Origin: an uncultured Methanomassiliicoccales archaeon
Lineage (GTDB): Archaea > Thermoplasmatota > Thermoplasmata > Methanomassiliicoccales > UBA472
DNA length: 64,000 nucleotides
Assembly (NCBI GenBank): GCA_963732855.1
Contig: CAVTBB010000003.1
Span: 7,019-71,018, forward strand
Direction: 5' to 3'
The notes beneath the pieces are model-generated. The model was not told where the DNA came from. It ran no database searches and saw nothing but the letters and a program-made list of their open reading frames with translations. The translations under genes and the position numbers were made by a program. Every line of letters starts with the position of its first letter. The stretch's first letter is position 1. Shown here piece after piece: positions 34,773-44,356 of this stretch.

Positions 34773-35393
34773 TCAGTTCTTTATTGAGATCGGCTGCCGC
34801 ATGAAGGCACATCCTTCACACGGAATCTCGAGAACGCATTTATCACCCTGCGGTATGCCCTTAATCGCGCACAATATTGCATGGTCCATCGGCCGGAAGG
34901 GCATCTTGCGCCCGTTGGAGAATAACATGCCCTTTTCTGCTTCGTTCGGGACCATTGCACAGGAGCAGCTAGAGCTTACTGATGTCATGCACTTTACTGC
35001 GTCGCTAGGTGAACAGGAGTCGCATCTGGTGCCACACTTGGAAAGCGGGCCGAAAAGATTCGCTACCGGGTCCACCATGAATATGCCATTGTCCTTTCCG
35101 AAGGTTATGTACACGGTCGAAGGTTTCGCGGGCTCGATGAGCTCCATACGAGTTCCCCTCACCTTGCGCTCCTCTCGCACCGCCCAGAAATCCTTTAGAT
35201 GATTGTTGAGCTGGTAGACCAGTTGGTGATATCCGACGCCGAGCTTGTCCGCCAAGTCCTGTTTAGATATTGGTGAGTCCTTGGTAGAACCATAAAGGGT
35301 GCGCAAAATGCGCTTCCTCATATCGTGATTTACAATGGACGAGTAGGTCTCAGGGTCGATGTACGCTATCTCAATCCTGCAATTCGATGACAC
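34773..35393 (-). CDS. winged-helix (ArsR-like) protein with Cys-rich C-terminal domain
   Basis: The N-terminal wHTH-like segment is RKRILRTLYGS..PISKQDLADKLGVGYHQLVYQLNNHL. The C-terminal half has about 12 Cys (CGTRCDSCS, CMTSVSSSCSC, CVLEIPCEGC). Confidence 0.55.
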   Translation of the reverse strand: MSSNCRIEIAYIDPETYSSIVNHDMRKRILRTLYGSTKDSPISKQDLADKLGVGYHQLVYQLNNHLKDFWAVREERKVRGTRMELIEPAKPSTVYITFGKDNGIFMVDPVANLFGPLSKCGTRCDSCSPSDAVKCMTSVSSSCSCAMVPNEAEKGMLFSNGRKMPFRPMDHAILCAIKGIPQGDKCVLEIPCEGCAFMRQPISIKN

Positions 35394-35464
35394 TATGTTC
35401 CTATCAAACCGGCTGATATTTAATTATTGAGTCCGTGGTCCAAAATCGGAGCCCCAATAGGGCA

Positions 35465-36556
35465 TCATTTGCCGACTTGGGTGGTATTCATCATACGGTG
35501 GGTGGGATTCGGTCTCGAGGGAGAGAAGCACTCATCCTTGAAACCGTTGGACTGGTTGCCTATTGATTCCATCGCATCGAAAACGGATTTCCGGATGTTG
35601 ATCTGCAGCTTGTCCGGAGCCGATACGATCCGGGCGTTGATGGTGACCAAGACCTTTCCTTCGGCGTATCTCGAGCCCTTGATCCCATCGACCGAAATGT
35701 TATCGAACACGGCCGACATCTTAAGGGAATTGGTATCTGAGGTCAGCATCAGCTTGGCATGGGCAATGTCGCTCGGATCATAGCTCAGCGATATCGCTCG
35801 GATGATCTTGGTCGCCAGTTCATATGAGTCCACCTTCTCCATGGTCTGGAATCCGAAGGTGCCGTTGTACCAGCCAAGCTCCGCCTCGGCCTTGGCGTAT
35901 GTGTCATAATCGATGTCCACCGGTTGACGGTCGCTGCGCTTCCCGGAGCGGATGATGCTCATGATCCTGTCCAGACCATGACCAGTGATGGCCGAGTAGG
36001 GTATCACCTCCGCTTGCGGATTAGCCAATTTGACGGCATCCACCAGCTGCATGAGCGCATCCCGGGTGACCATGTCGACCTTCGAGATGACGATGTGCTC
36101 GGCCTCCTCGATCTGATGCTTCCTCAGGTACCCGCTGAGGGTGATGGTTTCCAGCCCTTCCTGCACCAGCCTGGGCGCATCCACCACGATGATCAGCGGA
36201 GCCACCTCGAACTCGCTCGGATATATCATCTTCAGTGGGGCAATGACCGTGGCGAGGAGATCGGTGCACGAACCCACCGGTTCCGCGATTATGAAGTCTG
36301 GACGGGACCGTGACACGAGACCTCTAGCGGATGACATCAGGTCATTGAATCGGCAGCAGAAACAGCCACGTAGGACCTCCGAGGTCTCAAAGCCCATCGC
36401 CTTCGAGTATTGCGTGTCGACCAATGCCTCTCCCTGGTCGTTCATGATCAGGCCGATGGTCTTACCGTCATCGCTCAGACCCTTGGCGATCCTATTGATG
36501 AGAGTGGTCTTGCCTGCCCCGAGGAAACCGCCGATGATCGATATGCGCGTAGACAT
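35465..36556 (-). CDS. G3E-family P-loop GTPase (CobW/COG0523-like metallochaperone candidate)
   Basis: The Walker A motif is IIGGFLGAGKTTL. A GCFCC motif (CxCC-type) and IIAEPVGSCTD are present. The ~200-aa C-terminal region is not recognisably CobW_C. Confidence 0.6.
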   Translation of the reverse strand: MSTRISIIGGFLGAGKTTLINRIAKGLSDDGKTIGLIMNDQGEALVDTQYSKAMGFETSEVLRGCFCCRFNDLMSSARGLVSRSRPDFIIAEPVGSCTDLLATVIAPLKMIYPSEFEVAPLIIVVDAPRLVQEGLETITLSGYLRKHQIEEAEHIVISKVDMVTRDALMQLVDAVKLANPQAEVIPYSAITGHGLDRIMSIIRSGKRSDRQPVDIDYDTYAKAEAELGWYNGTFGFQTMEKVDSYELATKIIRAISLSYDPSDIAHAKLMLTSDTNSLKMSAVFDNISVDGIKGSRYAEGKVLVTINARIVSAPDKLQINIRKSVFDAMESIGNQSNGFKDECFSPSRPNPTHRMMNTTQVGK

Positions 36557-36635
36557 TTCTTGAATCCCCTACGGACGTACAATAGACATGAGGATAAACG
36601 TTTTACTCCAGAGTAAAATATTAAAAACCAATGGT

Positions 36636-37090
36636 TCAGACAATTATCGCATCACCAGGCCTCATCACCACGGCGGTCCCTATGCCCTGATCGCCGATGC
36701 GGTCGCGGAACTCGTAGGGATCCGCCTCGGACCATTTGCCATAATGCATCGGGATGACCTTCTTGGCCTTGAGCAACTTCTCCGCTCTGACCGAATCCTC
36801 GCCTTCCATTGTGTATAGTCCACCAATCGGCAGCATGGCGACGTCGATGTTGTATTTGCTACGAGATCAGCACCATGTCGCCGAACAAAGCGGTGTCGCC
36901 GGTATGGTAGAGGTTCTTCCCCCGATGCGGACCATGAAAGAAATGTCAGTTCCTAATGGATGCACATCTTCGAGTGAGGATGAGTGAAGCGCAGGGAACA
37001 ATATTACCGAACCGAAAATGAACTTGAACTTCACCCCCTCCATCAAATATTGTGAATGCTTGAATGTCCGAGATAACGAAGCTTGACCAT
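36636..37090 (-). pseudogene. decayed MBL-fold hydrolase (UPF0173-like) gene
   Basis: Fragments lie in three frames. They are MVKLRYLGHSSIHNI, then IFDGGG / VKFKFIFGSVILFPALHSSS...FMVRIGG, then KNLYHTGDTALFGDMVLI, then SKYNIDVAMLPIGGLYTM...VIPMHYGKW. The HxHxDH region is missing and two shifts fall in C5/G5 runs. Confidence 0.75.
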
Positions 37091-37231
37091 GAGCTCGATT
37101 GCGTGAAAGTGCGCGGAACCGATATATGTTGCGGGTTTTTCCAATCTATGAAAACAATGGTAAGATTGATACAATGGCGGCTTCTTACCTTCAAGGTTAT
37201 TGGAGGGGAGTTGGTGGATTGATCGAAAAAG

Positions 37232-37693
37232 GTGACTTCAATCATCATAGTGGGTGTTTTCATTATTGTTTTGACCTTGGGGGCCTTGCTGCTCCAATTA
37301 TCACTGAATGGGACACCTGCCAGCAACGCTCGCCTCAGGATTTCGCGGACCGCGGAACATATGAAGTCGTTAAGACTATTGTCGCGGTGGATATCGATAC
37401 AGCGGTCCATTTCGAAGTGGATGAGAGCTGGGAATAACGTTCAATTCTGGTTCTATCCGATTTTTAAGAATACTGACTGGTCATGCGATTATACCGTGTC
37501 GTCGCAAAGTACTTTGATTATTTTAGGCGATTCCGGGATCTCCTCGGACGCAACGGACCATGCAGTAGGAGGGAGGGTGTCCGCAAACCGAACCCAGGCT
37601 ACCGGGCAGACAGGTTTTGGCAACTGGACGCTAGAATGTCAGGTGTCGGGCGGGCCGGTGGTCGTAGAGATCTCCAAGGTCTCAACTTACTGA
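37232..37693 (+). CDS. hypothetical protein with N-terminal hydrophobic anchor (possibly degraded)
   Basis: It has a GTG start and a pilin-like hydrophobic N-terminus (TSIIIVGVFIIVLTLGALLL). The middle is Arg-rich and looks out of frame, and overlapping ORFs suggest frame disruptions. Confidence 0.2.
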   Translation: MTSIIIVGVFIIVLTLGALLLQLSLNGTPASNARLRISRTAEHMKSLRLLSRWISIQRSISKWMRAGNNVQFWFYPIFKNTDWSCDYTVSSQSTLIILGDSGISSDATDHAVGGRVSANRTQATGQTGFGNWTLECQVSGGPVVVEISKVSTY

Positions 37694-37780
37694 GTCGATG
37701 TTTGACCTCACTACCATTTCCTGTTCTTTCCTATTCGACCGAAGGAACGTTCAAATGCGACCCGCCAATTACCTTGGCAG

Positions 37781-38698
37781 ATGGACGGAACCGATCTGCA
37801 ATTGATCAGGATGCTGATGTTCGAGCCTAGGCTTCACTACCGAGAGCTGGCTGATCGTCTGAATATATCCGTACAAGCGGTCCATCGACGTATCCAGACC
37901 CTCATGGAAGAGAGGATAATCCTCGGTTTTGGCACGAACATTTCGCTCCGTCATCTCAAAGCGGTTGAGGTGATGATACAAGGAACATCAGGCTTCGAGT
38001 CCCGGGACGATATGATCGCTAGCCTTCATTCCAGCGACCGGATCTCCCAGGTGCTCTTCGGCAGCGGTAATGTGACCTTTGTTACCGCGCTTCTGAAGGA
38101 TATTATTGAACTGGAGACATTCGTCGCGTTCGTCAGCAGGGTCGCATCCATGCCTGAACCTCGAGTGGCCATTGTCTCCCATGGATTGGTGGGAAAGGAC
38201 GTAAAGGCAGAGAATCCAACCGCTAGATCGGATCTCTCTCCTTTGGACAAGAGGATAATCGCGTCGATGAATAAGGACGCGCGTAAAGCGGTGGCGGAAG
38301 TGGCCAACGAACTGAACGTGACCGCGACAACCGTGAAGCGGCGACTGGAGAGGATGATCGAGGAGGGTTCGATAGAATTCGCGCTCGGACTTCATCCCGG
38401 ACTATCGGGTGACATTATCACCATTATGAACGTGATCCTGAGGGATGGCTCAGACAAGGTGGCGGTCGGGAACGAATTCGTCCAGAGGTTCAATCCGACG
38501 GTCGGTTATTACCGAACGTTCAGCAACATACCTGAAATGATCGTGATGCTGGCATGGACCAAGACCCTCAAAGACCTGGAGATCCTCCTGATGGAGGTAG
38601 AGAAGAATCCCAAGGTGCGCTCGGCGGTCCCTCACATCATCTATGCCGGACGTTATTTCGAAACATGGCGTGAGCGCTTATTGGAAAATCTGAAATAG
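37781..38698 (+). CDS. tandem-duplicated Lrp/AsnC-type regulator (two HTH plus two RAM-like modules)
   Basis: The 305-aa product has a first HTH (DLQLIRMLMFEPRLHYRELADRLNISVQAVHRRIQTL). The second is LDKRIIASMNKDARKAVAEVANELNVTATTVKRRLERM. Confidence 0.75.
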   Translation: MDGTDLQLIRMLMFEPRLHYRELADRLNISVQAVHRRIQTLMEERIILGFGTNISLRHLKAVEVMIQGTSGFESRDDMIASLHSSDRISQVLFGSGNVTFVTALLKDIIELETFVAFVSRVASMPEPRVAIVSHGLVGKDVKAENPTARSDLSPLDKRIIASMNKDARKAVAEVANELNVTATTVKRRLERMIEEGSIEFALGLHPGLSGDIITIMNVILRDGSDKVAVGNEFVQRFNPTVGYYRTFSNIPEMIVMLAWTKTLKDLEILLMEVEKNPKVRSAVPHIIYAGRYFETWRERLLENLK

Positions 38699-38837
38699 CC
38701 AGTCAACTAGGATGAGGCATCTTTCAACGGGTTTGTTGAAAAACAGATTCTTTTTTGACATGAATATGTGTATCTTTCATCCGGACCGTGAACATGGGAA
38801 TATCACCCCGGCAGGCATCCTTGTCCCTGTGACAAAC

Positions 38838-39293
38838 ATGAAGTTCACACAGAATGTAAATGGCAAGGTTAAGGCGGGTTGGATGATGGGACTGTTCTTG
38901 GTCGTTCACGGGTTGATACATTACGGTGTCGCCGCAGCTCCGAACCCTGAAGGATCAACTGGCGCCTGGATGCTGAACCCATCGACATCGGTGTTCTCGA
39001 TGCTGGGTCTCGGGACCGACCTCATCACCGGGATTGGCATCGCGCTGGTTGGGGTGGCGACGATTGGTTTCATCCTGTCCGGAATCGGCATCCTGACCCG
39101 AAGATGGGAAAAGGTAAGGAACGACATGATCGTGATATCGTCACTTATTTCCCTCGCCGCGCTATTGGGATTCTTCAACATCTATTGGGTGGCAGCCATA
39201 GGGATCGACGTGGTGTTGATCGCGCTATTCGCCTCCGACCCAGTGGCGAGGACATCCCCCCAAAACAGCGATCGCGGAGTAGGATCAACATGA
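38838..39293 (+). CDS. hypothetical integral membrane protein
   Basis: It has about four hydrophobic helices downstream of the internal Met (MKFTQNVNGKVKAGWMMGLFLVV...). The start is uncertain because the ORF is open from 38712. Confidence 0.45.
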   Translation: MKFTQNVNGKVKAGWMMGLFLVVHGLIHYGVAAAPNPEGSTGAWMLNPSTSVFSMLGLGTDLITGIGIALVGVATIGFILSGIGILTRRWEKVRNDMIVISSLISLAALLGFFNIYWVAAIGIDVVLIALFASDPVARTSPQNSDRGVGST

Positions 39294-40054
39294 AGGTACT
39301 GGCAATAATGGGCAGCCCGAAAGGCAAGGGTTATGGGCTTGAGATCGCCCAGGCAATCGAAAAGCGAATGAATGCCCATGGTCAGGTAGAATTCGACTAC
39401 CTCATGCTGAAGGATGCGAACCTGGGCCTTTGCCGGGGCTGTTTCATCTGCGTCTCCCGGGGCGAGGACAAGTGCCCGATGAAGGAGGACCGGATCGCCA
39501 TCGAGAAGCGAATGGAGGCGGCTGATGGCATGCTCCTGGTCTCCCCCGGGTACGTGCAGGACGTGTCCTGGCTGATGAAGAACTTCATGGACCGGTTCGC
39601 TTACACCCACCATAGGCCCAAACTCTTCGGGAAGAAGATCATGCTGGTGGCCAACGGCGGTGCGGGGTTGAAGAGGACCATCAAGACGCTACGCATGGCG
39701 ATTGGCGGACCGGAGATAGTCTCCGAGCTCCAGGCTCTGAAGCTCCCTTGGCCCATGAATGACCGGGCCATCGAGAAGAATCAGGCCAGAATGGAGAAGG
39801 CGACAGACCGATTCTACACCGAACTGCAGAGGAGGGAGCCCAAGGTCACGTTCGGATCTTACATGGGATTTCGATTCTTCAAGTCGGTGGCAGACTCGAC
39901 AAAGGAGTACCTTCCGGCGGACTATGAGTACTACAAGGACATGGACCAATACTACTACCCCACCAAGATCGGATTGGGCAAGAGGATTGGCTCCTCGATC
40001 ATGATCGGTATTCTGAAGAGAGTCATGAAGGACATGGCACCCAGAGAGGATTGA
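39290..40054 (+). CDS. flavodoxin-like NAD(P)H-dependent FMN reductase / iron-sulfur flavoprotein-like
   Basis: The product has MKVLAIMGSPKGKG and the compact Cys motif CRGCFICVSRGEDKC (Cx2Cx2Cx7C), as in iron-sulfur flavoproteins. Its ATG overlaps the upstream TGA (ATGA). Confidence 0.7.
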   Translation: MKVLAIMGSPKGKGYGLEIAQAIEKRMNAHGQVEFDYLMLKDANLGLCRGCFICVSRGEDKCPMKEDRIAIEKRMEAADGMLLVSPGYVQDVSWLMKNFMDRFAYTHHRPKLFGKKIMLVANGGAGLKRTIKTLRMAIGGPEIVSELQALKLPWPMNDRAIEKNQARMEKATDRFYTELQRREPKVTFGSYMGFRFFKSVADSTKEYLPADYEYYKDMDQYYYPTKIGLGKRIGSSIMIGILKRVMKDMAPRED

Positions 40055-40060
40055 TAGCGA

Positions 40061-40411
40061 ATGGCACTGAATCATCTGGATCTTGGAGACATCATAGCCA
40101 AGGCCAGAGACTCTGAGGGAGGGGAAACCTATCTCAATCTGCACACGAGCGGAAGCGGCAGGCTGGGTTTGTGCGTAAGCACTTCGGAAGAAAAATCGGA
40201 CTTTGTCCTAGAGTTGTTGGTCCGCATCCTCGGGAGCGGTTCCCGGGTCGATCTGGACAAGATCTATCACGGACTCGAGATTGCCCAAGCGGCCGAACGA
40301 CAGGGGTTCGAACTATCCAGTCAGGGCGATGGCTGGATATATTGCCATAAAAAAGTAGTGCTGGAGGATATCGAAGGCCAGTGCGACGCCATCAGTCGAC
40401 TGATCGAATGA
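40061..40411 (+). CDS. hypothetical protein
   Basis: The 116-aa ORF sits 6 nt after the flavoprotein gene. I recognise no family. Confidence 0.4.
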   Translation: MALNHLDLGDIIAKARDSEGGETYLNLHTSGSGRLGLCVSTSEEKSDFVLELLVRILGSGSRVDLDKIYHGLEIAQAAERQGFELSSQGDGWIYCHKKVVLEDIEGQCDAISRLIE

Positions 40412-40451
40412 TCTGGTTTTAGGGTCGACCGGACGGCGCCCTTTATCGGAC

Positions 40452-41897
40452 CTAGCCAGTCACCCCTCCTTGCGTGATCAGCTCGGCCTTGCTGCTCGGT
40501 TCCATGTGGATCGATATGACATCAACCTCCGGATGCTTGGCCCTGATGGCCCCCTCTAGCTTCTCTGCGACATCGTGCGCCTGCTTCACGCTATTAGTGC
40601 TTCCAAAAGAACAGCACATGCCGACCCGGATCTTTTCCTCTGTCTTCTGGACGGAGATTCGGGTCACATCCAGTATCTCTGGGAATGTGCCGACCAGTTG
40701 TTTGATGGAACGGGCGATGCCTTCTTCGCCCACGCGAGTGCTCTTCAGGCCACAGGAATGGCAGTCGGACGGTTCGATGTGGGTGGTGACCGTGGTTATG
40801 CGCTGGTCAAGGGTCTTGATGCGGTTCTCCAGACGGGTTGCGATGGCGTGTGCCTTGTCCAGAGAGAGCTCCCCATCTAGTTCAAGATGGAAATCGACCT
40901 CCAGCTCCTCTCCGAAATCATTGTCGAACTCGGAAACGTTAATGTTGTGAACGGTCTTGACCTCCTCGAAGTCGGCCGCCTCGCTCCGAATCCTGTCGAC
41001 TAGGTCGGTCGGTTCGACACAAAAAGGTTCCGCGTTCACCATTATGACAGCGTTTTCGACCCGCTCTCTGATCCTTTCAGTGAATTCGTCGGTGACCCTG
41101 TGCGCCTGTTCCAAGGGCACCACTTTGTCGATAAAAACGGTACATTCGATGTAGACCTTTGGGCCGGTCTCCCTGACCCGAACATGATCGACCCCCCTGA
41201 TATCCTTAATGCTCATAGCCTCGTTTGCTACCAACTCTGATATCCCCTCAGGGGCACCGTCCATGAGGGTATGGATGGACCGTTTCCAAAGCCGGTAACC
41301 GATTAACGCGGTAATCACTCCGACACCTAGTGCAGATACGGAATCGAACGCGCGGAACTCGATCGGTATCGCTCCAGATGTGGCAGCCATCGTGATCGCG
41401 ATGCCGATAACGACGACAACGGAGGATATCAGGTCGGTGGAGAAGTGGATCGCATCCGCCTCAAGCGCTTGCGACTTGTACCGCTTCGCCATTTTATGGA
41501 GGGCCTTAGATCGGGTATAGTCGACGATGATGGAGAAAACCATTACGCCAATCGCGATATAAGTTACGTCCACCTGGACCGGGGATATGAGGCGATGGAT
41601 CGCCTCGTAAACGATCCACCCACAGGTAACGAATAGAAGAGCGGTCTCGAACAGGCTCGAGAGCGACTCGACCTTCTCATGACCGTAGTTATGGTCCGCG
41701 TCTGCAGGGCGATCTGCCATGCGTACTGCCGCCAAAGTTACAAAGGCGGCGATGAGGTCAATACTCGAGTGTAGAGCCTCCGACAGGATGCCTAAACTGT
41801 TGGTCCAAACGGCCACGACTATCTTCGTGCCCACCAGTCCAATGGCGGCGATGACCGAGAAGAATGCCACATTCTCTTTGGGAGTCAAAACCGGCAC
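40452..41897 (-). CDS. cation diffusion facilitator (CDF) transporter with triplicated cytoplasmic C-terminal domain
   Basis: The 6-TM CDF core has HSSIDLIA, DHNYGHEK and HFSTDLISS. Three tandem alpha/beta domains follow, each with a QAH/KAH motif and ending in ...EP. Confidence 0.85.
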   Translation of the reverse strand: MPVLTPKENVAFFSVIAAIGLVGTKIVVAVWTNSLGILSEALHSSIDLIAAFVTLAAVRMADRPADADHNYGHEKVESLSSLFETALLFVTCGWIVYEAIHRLISPVQVDVTYIAIGVMVFSIIVDYTRSKALHKMAKRYKSQALEADAIHFSTDLISSVVVVIGIAITMAATSGAIPIEFRAFDSVSALGVGVITALIGYRLWKRSIHTLMDGAPEGISELVANEAMSIKDIRGVDHVRVRETGPKVYIECTVFIDKVVPLEQAHRVTDEFTERIRERVENAVIMVNAEPFCVEPTDLVDRIRSEAADFEEVKTVHNINVSEFDNDFGEELEVDFHLELDGELSLDKAHAIATRLENRIKTLDQRITTVTTHIEPSDCHSCGLKSTRVGEEGIARSIKQLVGTFPEILDVTRISVQKTEEKIRVGMCCSFGSTNSVKQAHDVAEKLEGAIRAKHPEVDVISIHMEPSSKAELITQGGVTG

Positions 41898-42546
41898 CCG
41901 CTAGACATTGATATCAGAATCTTTGATAGTAACATAAAGCTTTTCTATTCAACCATCGAGAATAATTTAGGCTGGCCTAATGAAGAACTCAAAGTAATCT
42001 AGTACATCCTTCAGACCAAAAACAATTAGCATATCTGGCACTGGGTCTCTGGAATGAAAAACGAGTGGGATCGAGAACCATCAGCTGTTGATGCCCGACA
42101 CATTTGTCGATTGGTAGATCCAACCGAGATATTGTAGGTCCCCGTCATTGATCGCATACCTACGACCATCGGCAGGTCACTGGGATGGGATTGGAGGTTC
42201 GTCATCTCACGATGTCGAAGTCCGCGGTGGGTATCGTGAAGATTGCCACATACGTCGTTTATCCCTCGATCGTTTCCTTCCACCAATAGATCGGATCCAG
42301 TCGTATCATCTTGACGCGAGCAGCCATTCTAGATTCGATCAATTTCAGAGCCGTTACCTGCGCTGAGTTGATGTCGGACAAGGTTGTCACGACACTGCCG
42401 AAATGCGACTCCAGCAGGCTGAGGCATTTCAGAGACGGAATCAGAATAGACCATCGGTCAAGGAGGGGGTCACGCCCCCGGAAATGATCATGGGAAGAAA
42501 GTAATTAATCCGATCCAAACCATTCCCTCGCCACCCTTGGGGAGTC

Positions 42547-43515
42547 ATGAAGATGAAAGGATCGGGAGAGGCCCAGCAGTTACTGGAGATCAGGTCGGTC
42601 ACGAAACATTACGGAGATTTCGTGGCGCTCAAAGATGTCTCGTTCAGCGTGAGCAGCGGGGAGATCTTCGGATACATCGGACCAAACGGTTCCGGCAAGA
42701 CAACTACGATCAAGATGCTGGTGGGGCTGCTGACCGATTTTGAAGGAGACATACGTTTCCAAGGCAATTCCATTCGAGACAATAAGATGCTGATCAATAA
42801 GGAGCTTGGATATCTGCCACAGAACATCGGATTCCAAGAATGGAGGACGGTGGACCACGCGCTCTCCACCTTCGGACGCCTGTCCGGAATATCGGAGAAC
42901 GAGCTTGATTCCAGCATTAGGACGGCACTTGAACGGGTCGGCATATCTGACCTCAGGCACAAGAAGATCAATCAGCTGTCAGGCGGAACGGTGCAGAAGG
43001 TAGGCATGGCGCAAGCCATATTGCACCAGCCTTCTGTACTGATACTTGACGAACCAATGACGGGCCTGGACCCCACCGCCCGCTTCGAGTTCAAGAAGAT
43101 ATTTCATGACCTCCGGAAGGAAGGGTCGACCATTCTGTTCTCATCGCATATCTTGAGCGATGTTCAGGATCTTGCAGACCGGATCGGCTTCCTTAGCCGC
43201 GGCCACCTTGGTTATGTCGGATCGATGTCGGAGATCGAAGAACGGGTCAACGCTCCCAAGCAGGTCGAGATAATATTGGCTGCCGGCTCTATCCCCTGGT
43301 CAGGATCAGAGCTCAAGGATGGGATCGAGGTCATCGGTCGACCCGAGCCTGGACGCTTCATCATTTGCCTGACACCGGGAGCTGATCTGGATCAGGTGAT
43401 CGACTCGCTGATACGGGACATACTGGCGCATGGTTGCCGGATCCGCAAGATCGCTCCAATCGTTCCTACGCTCGAGGACATCTACGTCAACTATCTGGCA
43501 GGGGTGAAGGCATGA
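42547..43515 (+). CDS. ABC transporter ATP-binding protein
   Basis: The product has Walker A GPNGSGKTT, the signature LSGGTVQK and Walker B LILDEP. Confidence 0.9.
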   Translation: MKMKGSGEAQQLLEIRSVTKHYGDFVALKDVSFSVSSGEIFGYIGPNGSGKTTTIKMLVGLLTDFEGDIRFQGNSIRDNKMLINKELGYLPQNIGFQEWRTVDHALSTFGRLSGISENELDSSIRTALERVGISDLRHKKINQLSGGTVQKVGMAQAILHQPSVLILDEPMTGLDPTARFEFKKIFHDLRKEGSTILFSSHILSDVQDLADRIGFLSRGHLGYVGSMSEIEERVNAPKQVEIILAAGSIPWSGSELKDGIEVIGRPEPGRFIICLTPGADLDQVIDSLIRDILAHGCRIRKIAPIVPTLEDIYVNYLAGVKA

Positions 43516-44168
43516 ACCTTGGTCTGCTATTCCGGGACGAGCTCAAGGGCTTTTACAAATCCAAGGTCATGCTCACGTTATGGGTAGGGCTGCCGCTGCT
43601 CACCCTGATAATCTATTTCGCCTCGCCGACCAGCCAGGGGATGTCGCTCGCTTCGTTCACAGCCATCATCATCGGGTCCATCGGCGGAATGCTGGCGGCG
43701 GCGATGCTCGTATCATCGATAATCACTGAGAAAAGCAGGCACGTTTTCGACCTTTTCGTCATTCGGCCGGTTAAGCGCAGTGACATCGTGCTGTCCAAGT
43801 TCCTGGCCACATATGTGTGCGTGACCGCAGCGGGCATCATTGCGCTTGTGTTCGGCATCGTTTTCGATCTAGTCCGGAATGGCTCACTCCAGACGGATAT
43901 CTTATCGGTCTCGTTCAACGCCCTTATCATGGCCATATCGATGACCGCCATCGCCTGCTCCGCCGGGGTCCTGATCGGGTTCTTGGCCAATACGATGCTC
44001 ACAGGAATCGTCCTGGTCATCTACGGGGCGAACCAGCTTTCGGTAGTCGCTGCACTCCCGGGGTTGTTGTTGCCGAACGAACCGCTCCTGCCATTGATCC
44101 CCGGGATAGCTATCTCGGTTGTCCTACTGGCCCTTACAATAAGAATGTTCAATCGCAAGCAGCTCTGA
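43512..44168 (+). CDS. ABC-2 type transporter permease
   Basis: It has six hydrophobic segments. Its ATG overlaps the ATPase TGA (ATGA). Confidence 0.75.
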   Translation: MNLGLLFRDELKGFYKSKVMLTLWVGLPLLTLIIYFASPTSQGMSLASFTAIIIGSIGGMLAAAMLVSSIITEKSRHVFDLFVIRPVKRSDIVLSKFLATYVCVTAAGIIALVFGIVFDLVRNGSLQTDILSVSFNALIMAISMTAIACSAGVLIGFLANTMLTGIVLVIYGANQLSVVAALPGLLLPNEPLLPLIPGIAISVVLLALTIRMFNRKQL

Positions 44169-44356
44169 CATGAGGGACGTAAGGGCTCCATTGATCTTGT
44201 GCGCAGTCCCGACCAACAGGTCTGGCCGTTTCGGAAGAATGGGAATCCTCCCGATGGTTCGCCTTGGTGTGAGAGTAAGTTGGGATCTGAGAATCATTGC
44301 AAAAGTTTGATTACTCTATCACCCCTGTTCCATCAAGAGAAATATTGAAAATTTAA

